A stretch of DNA of 64,000 nucleotides from an uncultured virus (IMG/VR IMGVR_UViG_3300025120_000029) (Duplodnaviria; Heunggongvirae; Uroviricota; Caudoviricetes): the IMG/VR virus record IMGVR_UViG_3300025120_000029; one strand, given 5' to 3'. This document shows, one piece after another, positions 47,669 through 57,800 of the stretch. Position 1 is the first letter of the stretch. Each line of letters starts with the position of its first letter. Under the pieces are notes generated by a model. It made no database searches. It was not told the origin of the DNA and worked only from the letters and a program-made list of their open reading frames with translations. The translations under genes were made by a program, and so were the position numbers.

Positions 47669-49291
47669 TTATGGATAAATTATAATTTCTATTCCTGTTC
47701 TTTCTAATACACTATCAGCTTGAGTTAAAGATGAAGTCTCATAGGTAAATATATTAAAGCTATTAGTAGTTGCTGATGTTATATTTGTTAATGAAGGTCC
47801 GTTCTTATAATTTCCTGTTGCAGCTGTCATATATACTTTATTTACATCAGCTAATGCAGATGACCATGTAGCTCTATAATTTCCTACTCCTACACGTACA
47901 TAAGTTAATGTTTTACCTGTTGTGTTTTCTAAGACTGTTTCTACTGGATTTCCATTTGTTGTCTGAGTTAACAGAGCTCTATAAACTGTAGAACCAACAG
48001 AACCTGCTGTTATAGAAGTAACATGTCCTTGTGCATTTGTTGTAATTGATGAAGGAGATGCATATGTTCCCGCTGTACCATAATCATTATGATTTATAGT
48101 TACTCTTTTCTGTTGAGCTTGACCAGTTGGTGTGAGCTCAGCACCAACAGTACCTAAGGCTGTACCTCCTACAATATTTAAATCTTCTTCATTTGTTACA
48201 GCACTGCTTCCTACAAGTATATTATTAGCTCTAACTAAAAAACCATTATAAAAACCAGGCATAAGATAAATCTGTTGCTTTATAAGTTGATCACCTGCAC
48301 TACTATCACTATACATTATATAGTCTACAGTTGCTGGAGTAACTGTAGGTCTTGACATTATTAAGTTATCTGTACCTAAAGCATTCACACCTATTGTTAC
48401 TGTGTCAGCTGCACTTACTCCTATTTTAAGACCACCTTCTGTTGATGATAAATTTGATTGTGTAAAAGTTACTGTATCATTATTAGCTATAGCCTGTGTT
48501 GTAGATCCATCTGTTATATTAAATGTATAACTACCTCCTCCACCTGATCCATTACTTGCTGCAGTCAATCTACCCTGTTGATCTACAGTAATGTTTGCAT
48601 TGGTGTAAGATCCCGGTGTAACAGCGGTGTCATCTAAGTCAATTTCTAATGTACCATTTAGACCTGATGCAGCCATACTAGTTGTAATTCCTGTATCTCC
48701 ACTAATCAATAAACTAAATCCTGACCCTACACTTATGCTAGGGTTTAAACCACCATCTGATCTTACTACCCAATTATATGTATTAGTAATTGTTAGCTCA
48801 TCAGCAGTTTGTCCAATAGTAATATTAGTTCCCTCAACTAATGTTCTAAAGTTAAGTGTCTCACCAACTTTATTTTTCCATACTTCTTTACCAGTTCCTA
48901 CATTAGCTGCAAGATTAGGTTCACCTGTTGTTGTAATTTCTATATAATCATCATCTGCAGAAGTAGCAAGAGTAAGGTTGCTGCTCATTGATTTAAGGGA
49001 TCTATAAAATACAGTACACTTTTGTGTAGTTGGATCAACTACAGTTTTTTGATATACTTGCCCTGTACCAGCAGCTGGTATAGCTGGAGAATTTGCATGG
49101 TCACAATGTTCAGCAGCAACCTTAAAATCTCTTACCTTTATTACTTTTATGCTTTTGTAAGGAATAGGAGAAGCAACACCAGTCATATCTGGTTCTTCAT
49201 TCACACCTAAAACTAATACATCATCAAGACCTGCTGTCTTTGCATATACAGATCTTTTTATTAAACTTAATACATCAGTTAAAATGTTCAT
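47669..49291 (-). CDS. Fibre-like structural protein related to the 1071-aa fibre
   Basis: Shares DTAVTPGSYTNANITVDQQGRLTAA and H...GTAGTYA.PSS.TT.AQGHVTS..AG units. Confidence 0.65.
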   Translation of the reverse strand: MNILTDVLSLIKRSVYAKTAGLDDVLVLGVNEEPDMTGVASPIPYKSIKVIKVRDFKVAAEHCDHANSPAIPAAGTGQVYQKTVVDPTTQKCTVFYRSLKSMSSNLTLATSADDDYIEITTTGEPNLAANVGTGKEVWKNKVGETLNFRTLVEGTNITIGQTADELTITNTYNWVVRSDGGLNPSISVGSGFSLLISGDTGITTSMAASGLNGTLEIDLDDTAVTPGSYTNANITVDQQGRLTAASNGSGGGGSYTFNITDGSTTQAIANNDTVTFTQSNLSSTEGGLKIGVSAADTVTIGVNALGTDNLIMSRPTVTPATVDYIMYSDSSAGDQLIKQQIYLMPGFYNGFLVRANNILVGSSAVTNEEDLNIVGGTALGTVGAELTPTGQAQQKRVTINHNDYGTAGTYASPSSITTNAQGHVTSITAGSVGSTVYRALLTQTTNGNPVETVLENTTGKTLTYVRVGVGNYRATWSSALADVNKVYMTAATGNYKNGPSLTNITSATTNSFNIFTYETSSLTQADSVLERTGIEIIIYP

Positions 49292-49295
49292 TGTT

Positions 49296-49397
49296 TTATT
49301 TTTTACTATCTTTGGTTTTACATAAGTGCTTTCTACAATAACCCATACAGATTTTTCCTCTTGAAAGCCATTGTATTAATAAACATAAGTTTCTCAT
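49296..49397 (-). CDS. Cys-rich basic micro-protein (33 aa)
   Basis: MRNLCLLIQWLSRGKICMGYCRKHLCKTKDSKK, with an ATGA overlap with the upstream ORF. Confidence 0.45.
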   Translation of the reverse strand: MRNLCLLIQWLSRGKICMGYCRKHLCKTKDSKK

Positions 49398-49528
49398 CTT
49401 CCTTGACCTCTATATTTTTTTTTATAATTCTTACTACTTACTAAATTTGAGTTTTTAGACTTAGAGTGTACTCCTGGTCTTTTAGCTCTACTAGGTTTAG
49501 CATATGTATTGTGTAATATCCTAGACAT
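49394..49528 (-). CDS. Basic micro-protein (44 aa)
   Basis: MSRILHNTYAKPSRAKRPGVHSKSKNSNLVSSKNYKKKYRGQGR, with a TAATG overlap with the upstream gene. Confidence 0.55.
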   Translation of the reverse strand: MSRILHNTYAKPSRAKRPGVHSKSKNSNLVSSKNYKKKYRGQGR

Positions 49529-49782
49529 TACTTTATTTCTTTTTTCTTTCTGCCTTTTCTAGCATTACCTTTTACTGCACCTGCAATATCACCCATTTGA
49601 TTTCCTACTTCTTTAAGTGCTTTAGCAACATCTTGAATTTCAGATGCTGTCAAACCATATCTGTACTGTAAGTCAGAAGCTAACGCTCTTACTTTTTCAT
49701 CTAAAGATGTTTTAGACCAAAGTTTTATCCAATAGTCTTGTGGGCTATATGTCCATAATATACTTACAAATTTTTTAAACAT
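49528..49782 (-). CDS. Hypothetical protein
   Basis: 84 aa, the first gene of the leftward structural operon. Confidence 0.6.
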   Translation of the reverse strand: MFKKFVSILWTYSPQDYWIKLWSKTSLDEKVRALASDLQYRYGLTASEIQDVAKALKEVGNQMGDIAGAVKGNARKGRKKKEIK

Positions 49783-49808
49783 AATAATTAATTTTAAACA
49801 CTATATTA

Positions 49809-49856
49809 ATAATATACAAAATTTGAAGCACTCAGTCAAATAATATATTATATTTG
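49809..49856. promoter_or_regulatory. Divergent promoter region: TATATTAT (minus, 49809-49816) and TATATTTG (plus, 49849-49856)
   Basis: Back-to-back elements between the structural operon and nrdB. Confidence 0.45.
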
Positions 49857-50002
49857 TTCTATAAGTGTAATTAGTGTATAATAATAATATACAAAATATA
49901 TTACAATTATAAAATCATTAAGTAAGTAAATGCAAAATATGAAAATATCATCTGTAAGGTTTTTTTGTCTTACCAATTTTTCTTAAATTATAATTACTCA
50001 AT

Positions 50003-50035
50003 GGCTACATTTCTTACTCAGGAGGTGTGGCTTTT
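50003..50035 (+). terminator. Terminator-like hairpin in the nrdB leader
   Basis: GGCTACATTTCTT-actc-AGGAGGTGTGGCT followed by TTT, with several G-U pairs. Confidence 0.45.
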
Positions 50036-50065
50036 GTGTCCTTAACAATTAAATACATATAAAAT

Positions 50066-51043
50066 ATGAAAGACATCTTTAAACCCAGACTAAATATACT
50101 ACCCTATCAATATCCACAATTATTAGAATACAAAGATGCAATAAGACATTCATATTGGATAGATACAGAATTTAATTTCACAGAAGACATACAAGACTTT
50201 AAAATCACTATAACACCTAAAGAAAAAGATGTTATTAAAAAAACAATGTTGGCCATTGCTCAGATAGAAGTTAATGTAAAAACTTTTTGGGGAGACTTAT
50301 ATAAGCGTATGCCTATTACAGAAATAGGAGATGTAGGTTTTACTTTTGCAGAATCTGAAGTAAGACATAAAGATGCCTATGCTAGACTGTTGAGGATCTT
50401 AGGTTTAGAAAAAGAATTTGAAACTGTTGTTGAGGTACCAGCTATTAAAGGTAGAATTAAATACTTAAAAAAATATTTAGATGGTACAAGAAGTAGTGAT
50501 GATAAAATGTATACTAAGTCTGTCCTTCTATTCTCTTTGTTTATAGAGCATGTTAGTTTGTTTAGTCAGTTCTTAATCATGATGTCTTTTAACAAAGAGA
50601 AAAACCTTTTTAAAGGAATCTCTAACGTTGTTGAAGCCACCAGTAAAGAAGAAGAAATACATGGAAACTTTGGTGCAGAATTAATAAACATAATAAAAAA
50701 AGAAAACCCACATTGGTTTAACTCACAGTTCAGGCAGTTAATTTATTCTGCTTGTCACAAGGCTTATGAAGCAGAATGTAAAATATTAGACTGGATATTT
50801 GAAAAAGGTGAACTATCTTTTCTTCCAAAAGAAACAATTGAAAACTTTATAAAGAATAGATTCAACAACTCACTACAAAAAATAGGAATGAAAACTATAT
50901 TTGAAGTAGATGAAAACAAATTAAAACAAGTAGAATGGTTTGATATAGAGATAACAGCTACTAAAGAAGGAGATTTCTTCTATAAAAAAAGTGTAGACTA
51001 CAATAAAAAAAGTAAAAGTATAACTGAAGATGATCTCTTTTAA
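50066..51043 (+). CDS. nrdB: Ribonucleotide reductase class I beta subunit
   Basis: Ferritin-like ligands QIE, ESEVRHKDAY (radical Tyr), IEHVSLFSQF, KEEEIHG, and C-terminal DFF.K.SVDY. Confidence 0.9.
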   Translation: MKDIFKPRLNILPYQYPQLLEYKDAIRHSYWIDTEFNFTEDIQDFKITITPKEKDVIKKTMLAIAQIEVNVKTFWGDLYKRMPITEIGDVGFTFAESEVRHKDAYARLLRILGLEKEFETVVEVPAIKGRIKYLKKYLDGTRSSDDKMYTKSVLLFSLFIEHVSLFSQFLIMMSFNKEKNLFKGISNVVEATSKEEEIHGNFGAELINIIKKENPHWFNSQFRQLIYSACHKAYEAECKILDWIFEKGELSFLPKETIENFIKNRFNNSLQKIGMKTIFEVDENKLKQVEWFDIEITATKEGDFFYKKSVDYNKKSKSITEDDLF

Positions 51044-51053
51044 AAAAGCAAAC

Positions 51054-52679
51054 ATGGAATACAAAAAATATTACTGGCTTAATCAAGATAGCAGAACGTT
51101 TCTGTCTAGAGGTTATATAACTGAAACACCAGAACAAAGAATAAAAGACATTGCTATTAAGGCAGAAAAATATTTAAACATCAAAGGCTTTGCTGAAAAG
51201 TTTGAAGACTATATGGCACGTGGTTTTTACTCTTTATCTACTCCTGTATGGATTAACTTTGGTAAACAAAAAGGTTTGCCTATTAGTTGTTATGGTTCTA
51301 ATATAGATGATAACTTAGATAGTATACTAAACGCAGGCCGTGAAATAGGTATGATGTCTAAGTATGGCGGAGGGACAAGTGCTTTCTTAGGAAACATTAG
51401 ACCAAGAGGTAGTGAGATATCTACAGGCGGTCATGCTGATGGTCCTATTCACTATGCTAGGATGTATGATACAGTAGTTGATGTATGTAAACAATCAGAA
51501 GCTAGACGTGGTGCATGTGCAGTATATTTACCTGTAGAGCATCCAGATATTGCTGAGTTCCTAGACATAGGTACTGAAGGTAACCCTATACAAAACTTAC
51601 AGTATGGTATTACTGTTACTGATGAATGGATGAAAGAAATGAAAGAAGGAGACAGAAAAAAACGTAAAGTTTGGGCTAAGATTATACAGCGTAGATCTGA
51701 GTTTGGATATCCTTATATAATGTTTAAAGATAATAGTAATAATAATTCTCCATATAAAGAAATAGGACTTGAAATTACAGCATCAAATCTATGTTCAGAG
51801 ATACAGCTGCCAACAGATAGTTATAATTCTTTTGTGTGTTGTTTAGGATCTATAAATCTATTACACTGGGATGAGATCAAAGAGACTGATGCAGTACAAA
51901 CTTATGTATACTTTTTAAATGCTGTTATGGATGAGTTCATTATCAAGTCAGAAACAATGCCCGGAATGAAAAGAGCATATAACTTTGCAGAAAAACACAG
52001 AGCAATTGGCTTAGGTGTATTAGGATACCATTCTTTATTTCAATCAAAGCTTATAGAGTTTGAATCACTAGAAGCTAAACAACTTAACTCAGAGATATTT
52101 AGAACAATAAAAGATAGAAGTGAAATAGCCTCAAGAAAACTAAACTCTGAATATGGATATAGGTGTTTAAGAGAAGGTTATGCTAACACTACACTTATGG
52201 CTATTGCTCCTACTAAATCTAGCTCCTTTATACATGGTGCAGTCTCTATGGGTATAGAACCTATTAAGTCTAACTACTTTATTAAGGATCTTGCTAAGTC
52301 TAAAACAGTTTATAAAAATCCTTTTTTAGAGTGTGAGTTAGAAAAACATGGTATTAATAATGATAAGACATGGAAATCTATACTTAAAAAAGACGGAAGT
52401 GTACAACACTTAGACTTTCCTACTAAGGCTGTGTTTAAATCATTTGTAGAGATAACACCAAAGGAACTTGTACTACAAGCAGCACAAAGACAAAAGTATA
52501 TTGATCAATCACAATCACTTAACTTAATGATAGACCCTTCTGTATCAGCTAAACAAATTAATCAGTTGTATTTGTATGCACATGAGGAAGGAGTAAAAAC
52601 CTTATACTATCAGTTTAGTAAGAGTTCTGCACAGGACTTTGCAAGAAACATTTTAGAGTGTGGTAGCTGTGAGGGTTAG
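51054..52679 (+). CDS. nrdA: Ribonucleotide reductase class I alpha subunit (short form, no ATP cone)
   Basis: STPV, PISC, RRGA, SNLCSEI, VCCLGS, IAPT.SSS, DQSQSLNL, KTLYY and C-terminal CGSCEG. Likely start is the ATG at 51054. Confidence 0.9.
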   Translation: MEYKKYYWLNQDSRTFLSRGYITETPEQRIKDIAIKAEKYLNIKGFAEKFEDYMARGFYSLSTPVWINFGKQKGLPISCYGSNIDDNLDSILNAGREIGMMSKYGGGTSAFLGNIRPRGSEISTGGHADGPIHYARMYDTVVDVCKQSEARRGACAVYLPVEHPDIAEFLDIGTEGNPIQNLQYGITVTDEWMKEMKEGDRKKRKVWAKIIQRRSEFGYPYIMFKDNSNNNSPYKEIGLEITASNLCSEIQLPTDSYNSFVCCLGSINLLHWDEIKETDAVQTYVYFLNAVMDEFIIKSETMPGMKRAYNFAEKHRAIGLGVLGYHSLFQSKLIEFESLEAKQLNSEIFRTIKDRSEIASRKLNSEYGYRCLREGYANTTLMAIAPTKSSSFIHGAVSMGIEPIKSNYFIKDLAKSKTVYKNPFLECELEKHGINNDKTWKSILKKDGSVQHLDFPTKAVFKSFVEITPKELVLQAAQRQKYIDQSQSLNLMIDPSVSAKQINQLYLYAHEEGVKTLYYQFSKSSAQDFARNILECGSCEG

Positions 52680-52783
52680 TCTTTAATAAAAACTACAATA
52701 TCACAACCATGACAAAAGTAATATTTGTCATCACCTGCACCAGAATAATAAGTCATTGCTGAATTGCATTTTTTACATCTCAT
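52676..52783 (-). CDS. Zn-ribbon micro-protein (35 aa)
   Basis: MRCKKCNSAMTYYSGAGDDKYYFCHGCDIVVFIKD with two CxxC motifs. Confidence 0.5.
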   Translation of the reverse strand: MRCKKCNSAMTYYSGAGDDKYYFCHGCDIVVFIKD

Positions 52784-52785
52784 GT

Positions 52786-52872
52786 TTATTTTTGTTTTAA
52801 GTCATCTATTAATAGTTGACAAACTGTAAAAATAATAAATATATAAAATACTAAAAGTGTATACTTTTCCAC
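52786..52872 (-). CDS. Possible hydrophobic micro-peptide (28 aa, GTG start)
   Basis: MEKYTLLVFYIFIIFTVCQLLIDDLKQK, abutting both neighbours. Confidence 0.3.
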   Translation of the reverse strand: MEKYTLLVFYIFIIFTVCQLLIDDLKQK

Positions 52873-53292
52873 TTAGTAACTTGCTTCACGCCTAACTACT
52901 TCTATAGCTCTGACCATTTTGTTATAGTCTACAGGGCATAATAGATCAAGCTTAGCTCTTGCTGTAAATTTAATGTATGCATCACCCTTTAAATATAATA
53001 GTAGGGTTGGTGCCATTCTAATTCTAAGTTCTTTTTTTAATTTTGGTGATGTTGCAATATCACATCTATAATATGTGACTCCTTCAAGTTTGTTAATTTT
53101 TTCCCAGTCTTGAAACGCATTATCTTTATTAAACTCTGCCCAGAATTCTACTACAATTACATCATCTTCTTCATTTTCATCAAAAGCTGATCCTGCTGTA
53201 ACTTTTTCTTCAAAGTTTTTATCTGTTATCCATTCCTGAGACAGTACAGTTGTTGTTGTTAAAAGCAATAATACTGTAAGGAGATACTTCAT
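52873..53292 (-). CDS. Secreted thioredoxin-fold protein lacking CxxC
   Basis: Signal peptide MKYLLTVLLLLTTTTVLS-Q. ITDKNF...VIVVEFWAEFN replaces FWAxWCxPC. Also YYRCDI...IRMAPTLLLY. Confidence 0.7.
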   Translation of the reverse strand: MKYLLTVLLLLTTTTVLSQEWITDKNFEEKVTAGSAFDENEEDDVIVVEFWAEFNKDNAFQDWEKINKLEGVTYYRCDIATSPKLKKELRIRMAPTLLLYLKGDAYIKFTARAKLDLLCPVDYNKMVRAIEVVRREASY

Positions 53293-53293
53293 T

Positions 53294-53584
53294 TTAATTC
53301 TTTTTAGTTAACTCGTAGATTCTCTCTTCCATTTTGTCAAACTTTTCTAATAAAGCTTCTACATCTTCTTGAGTATCCATAATGGTTTGTCTAATAAGCT
53401 CATCTTTTAAATCATACTCTACTCTTTCTATTGGAGGTTTTGGATTCTCCATTGCCGTAGCTATGTCTGCTTTTAATGTAAACCACATTGTAGAAAGTGA
53501 GATTGTAAAGCCCACAACCATACCAATTGTTTTTAAATCTAAAGTTATTTTTGTTTTTTCTCCTATTTCTGGTACTCCTGCCAT
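53294..53584 (-). CDS. Single-pass membrane protein with a C-terminal coiled coil
   Basis: TM segment TIGMVVGFTISLSTMWFTL and coiled coil TQEDVEALLEKFDKMEERIYEL. Confidence 0.65.
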   Translation of the reverse strand: MAGVPEIGEKTKITLDLKTIGMVVGFTISLSTMWFTLKADIATAMENPKPPIERVEYDLKDELIRQTIMDTQEDVEALLEKFDKMEERIYELTKKN

Positions 53585-53596
53585 TGTTTTATTTTT

Positions 53597-54799
53597 TTAC
53601 TTGAATGTATAATTTAATCCTAATGTTGTTTGAAACAGCTCACTGTCCCACATCTTAGAGTATTCTCCTTCCATAAATAACCCTATATTTTTATTTATCT
53701 TCCAGCCTAAGTTAGCACCAAAAGAATAGTCTGCCCATTGTTCTGGGTCATTATCCTCTATCAATCCTCCCTTACCCCAATTATTTCTGTTTAAATAAGA
53801 AACAACCTCATCACCTTTTAAGTAGTTATGGTAAGGTAATATATAGTTAGCATATGCATGCAACCAAAAGTTTCTTTTATAATGATAAAAGTCCATCCCT
53901 ACTATTGGTGCTATCTCACCAAATGCAGGCACCTCTTCTAACATTTCTCTATTATAACGGTTCATTAAATCTGTAAATACAGTTTCTCTAAAATCAATAT
54001 CAGAATAAGCTACAATAGTTCCATCTTGATCTCTCCATATCCAGTCTTGCATTTGTTGACCTGTTTCAGCATCTGTGTATGTAGTAAGATGATCAGTATA
54101 ACCATATTCAAACCCTAATGTATACCAATAGTTAACTGGATATTCTTGACCGTTAATTATTTGTGTTTCATTTAACCAGATTTCAATAGGGTTATAACCA
54201 TATGCACGGCTATGAGTTCTATAAATTGCACCTGCAGAGATACTAAACTTTTCTCCTAAAGGCAACCTTAATCTTGCTTCTGCTGATTCATAGGCTAGAT
54301 TTATCTTTCCTACCTCTCTTGACTCAACTTTAAAGATGTGATGGTCTCCTGTATGCTTTATGAAGAATCTGTGATTTCTAAACATCTCACCTCTCCAACG
54401 TTCTTTCTCCCAATGTAATTGATATTCTAAGCCTTTTAATGCAGAACTTGGAGCACTAAACGCTAACTGTTCTTCTGTACCATCATAAAAGTTTCTTGGT
54501 TTTCTCTCGTAACTAAACCTTGCTAGCTTTCTAATACCAAAACCAATTCTATAATCATATGGATAGTCAGGTGTATTGTCTACTACAACAGGTATATCAT
54601 ACAGACCATTGCCATCTCCTGTTCTTACAAAATAGGTTGACACATCTTCTTCTATAGAGTTGTTTATATCAACAGCTCCGTATACAGTACCATATTTAAT
54701 AAAATCTTTATATAGGGATTTAAAAAATGGTGAACCATCTTGAGCAGAAGCACCATTCATAACCAATATACACACTAATAAACTTACATATCTTTTCAT
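53597..54799 (-). CDS. Putative outer-membrane beta-barrel protein
   Basis: Signal peptide ending ASA-Q, many amphipathic aromatic strands, and C-terminal TTLGLNYTFK resembling a BAM beta-signal. Confidence 0.65.
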   Translation of the reverse strand: MKRYVSLLVCILVMNGASAQDGSPFFKSLYKDFIKYGTVYGAVDINNSIEEDVSTYFVRTGDGNGLYDIPVVVDNTPDYPYDYRIGFGIRKLARFSYERKPRNFYDGTEEQLAFSAPSSALKGLEYQLHWEKERWRGEMFRNHRFFIKHTGDHHIFKVESREVGKINLAYESAEARLRLPLGEKFSISAGAIYRTHSRAYGYNPIEIWLNETQIINGQEYPVNYWYTLGFEYGYTDHLTTYTDAETGQQMQDWIWRDQDGTIVAYSDIDFRETVFTDLMNRYNREMLEEVPAFGEIAPIVGMDFYHYKRNFWLHAYANYILPYHNYLKGDEVVSYLNRNNWGKGGLIEDNDPEQWADYSFGANLGWKINKNIGLFMEGEYSKMWDSELFQTTLGLNYTFK

Positions 54800-54837
54800 A
54801 TTGTAGTTTTGTTATGTTAATACTATTGGTTTATATA

Positions 54838-54845
54838 ATAATATA
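54838..54845 (-). promoter_or_regulatory. TATATTAT candidate promoter upstream of the beta-barrel cassette
   Basis: TTCTTATATTAT, the same as the element at 2368, about 39 bp upstream of the ATG. Confidence 0.4.
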
Positions 54846-54892
54846 AGAACTTTTTATGAATCTAAGAAGAACTTAACCTGAAAATTTGGCAT

Positions 54893-57800
54893 TTAATTAC
54901 CAATATACCAACTGTCAAGTTTCTCAAAAGATTCCCACTTTTGTATGCTTGATAGAATTGGTGCTGCGTCAGCCAAGTTTTTCCAGAACTTTAAGTCTCC
55001 TTTTCTTGGTTTATTTTGATACACAAGATCACTATCCTCTCTAAACTCTGGGCTATCAAAACCATAATATGATCCATATGCTAAAGTACCTAGACCTACA
55101 GAAAAGGCTTCTGCTAACTCACCAAGAGTTCTTGTAGAAGCAATTGGACTACCAATCATAGCAAAGAGTTCTTGTACACCATCAGGTGATATTGGAACAA
55201 ACATTACCATTTCTTTATATGTTCTTTGTGTTTGATATTTTGCAAAGTTCTTTATTTTCTTAACCCATAGCGGCTCATCACCTTCATCATCATCCCATGC
55301 ATTTTCTAATAGTGACATCATCATCATGCTTAATATAATCATAGATGCTTCACCAACAGTTCTATTTATATTACCAACTTTGTTTTGTACTAAAGCTTCC
55401 ATATCTGAAGCACTTATTTCCCCACCACTATCTGTTTGATTGTTTTCTCTGACAGAGTTTTTATATTCTGATACTACCTCACTCATTTTTACTTTTCCTG
55501 TTGCCACTTGTTTAAGTGAATATCTAAGAAACTGTAAAGATGATCTATATCTTCCTTCCATCCAACCTAAATTCTGATCATAGTACTGTTGTTGAAATCT
55601 AGCTCTCATTGCTGGTGGAAACCACTTATGAAACTGAAATAGTACTACACCCAACCAATGATTCTGTGCAACCGTTCTATCTATTCTAGCATAGTTACCA
55701 TGTGTCTGTTTGTTTACTTCTCTTATTTCATTTCTTATATCAGCAAAGGCTTTAGTAGATTGAGTCAGAGGCCCTCCTATTTCAACTTCTATTCCTGTTA
55801 CTTTATTAGGAACATACTTAATCCACTTTTTATCATATGTAATCTCTTTCTTAACAGGATCCCATTGTGCAGCATCATACATACTAGCACTTGTGCCATC
55901 CTTTGCTATAAGCTGAGTATCAAATAATACAGCAGATCCAATTTTAGTTTGTACAGCATATTCAAATCCATCCTGTAATGTATAACCTATAGCTTTAAAT
56001 CTTTCCCAAATAGTTTTTTGTCCAGATGATTCTCTACCAGATTCTCTTATATCTTGACTGTCATCCATCATTCTCCAGAACTCATTTACACCTTCATATT
56101 TATTTGTAGGTTTATTTGGATCATATGAACGTCCTGCAAAGTTTGTTGCACCTATAGTAGATACATCCACAACCTCTGGAATACCATACATTGCTGTTCT
56201 TTTAATAATTCCAGCCATTCCTTCTGTATTAAACTCTTTTTCTGCCCGCAAGTATGCTTTTCTTGAAAAGAATCTACCACCTATACCTTCTATTGTATTA
56301 TTGACTTGACCTAATACAAAGTTATTTATGTTACCAAAAGGGTTAAAGGCTACATAAGCTAAGGATGAAACTGAAACTAACACCTCAACAAATCTGTCAA
56401 CAAAACCTTTACTATCTTTAGCATTATTATATAATACCATCTTTTGCCACATTCGTGCTCTACGTACTACATTCTTTTGAAGTCCTTCATTACCAGCTTC
56501 ACCTTTAATATTCCATTTTTCTGGTGTAACTTTATCTAACATTCCTGTAACTAAATTTCCTCCTGATTCAATGTATGATCTTTTTTCTAATACTTTTATT
56601 AATGCATTAATTGTATCTTCTACAGCACCCATAGTCTCAAAATGTTCAGCCATTCTATTAAACTGTAATAAACTATCTGTTAAATCAGTGCTTACCTCAC
56701 CTATAGTAGGCTGGCTTCTTTGTTTTTGTACTAAGCCTTCTAATATATTTCTTTGTTTATTATATTCTTTTAGTTTTATCTTTTTGTTTTTATAATCCTC
56801 TTTGAGCTGTGTAATTTTATTTTCTAACTGAGTAAGTCTTTCTTCTACTCTAGGGTTACCAGTAAAAAATATAGGCATGCTATCCACTCTTTCTCCTAAT
56901 TCATTAACAACAACAGTTTTCTGTTCTGTAGTAGATGTAAATAAATTTTTCATACTTCTACTTGACTTAGCCCACATTCTGGTAAAGAATCCTCCATAAG
57001 CGTTTTTCTTTAAGTCATCTGCAATATTACTTTTTACCAACGGTATACTACCTAACATCTTTTGTCTTGTCTGTGGGGGTAATTTACTAAGCATCTCTCC
57101 TTCATACAACTCTATAAACATATCATAGTATTCTCTACGTGCTACAGCTAATGCATCATTAACCTTAGGATCCATTATATCTATGTACTTTTGACTTCGC
57201 ATATCTTCTGGCTTACCTGTTTTTGGATCTATAGGTCTAGCTATTAGTCTAGGTTCAATGTAATCTTGCTTTACAGATGGATAAGTTTCATCACGTTTAA
57301 TTTGACCTGTAGGCTCACCTGCCTTTTTAAAAGCTTTTACATAATCTGTAGTTCTATAATACTTAGCTCTATATTTAGTGTAGTCATTTTTTGATACACC
57401 ACTACGCTTTTCCCAACTAAAAGACCTAGAGTTCCACTCTTCATAAACATTACGCACATCTTTAAACTCTTGTGTATATCTATGATAGTCACCATCTATT
57501 GGTTGTTTCTGATCATTGATTATTTCAGCTCTCATAAACTGATTCACATTAGTCTTTAATCTAGATAGTTTTTTATTCCATTCTATATCTTTTCTACCTT
57601 GAGCTGTCTTTTTTGCTTCTTCAAGATTTGTAACATCTGCATATTGAAAAGGTACACCCGCTTCATCTTGTGTTGCAGCAAACAAATCTCTACGTCTTTC
57701 ACGGAATTTTAAACTTAATGGTTGTACATATGCATCAGGTTTTAGCTGACCGTTCTCATCAAAATTTAACATGAAATCATAGAGCCTATTTTTAGATACA

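Noticed and set aside
52873..53292. Redox-active thioredoxin serving the adjacent RNR
   Set aside because: It lacks CxxC and carries a signal peptide, so it cannot be a cytoplasmic electron donor.
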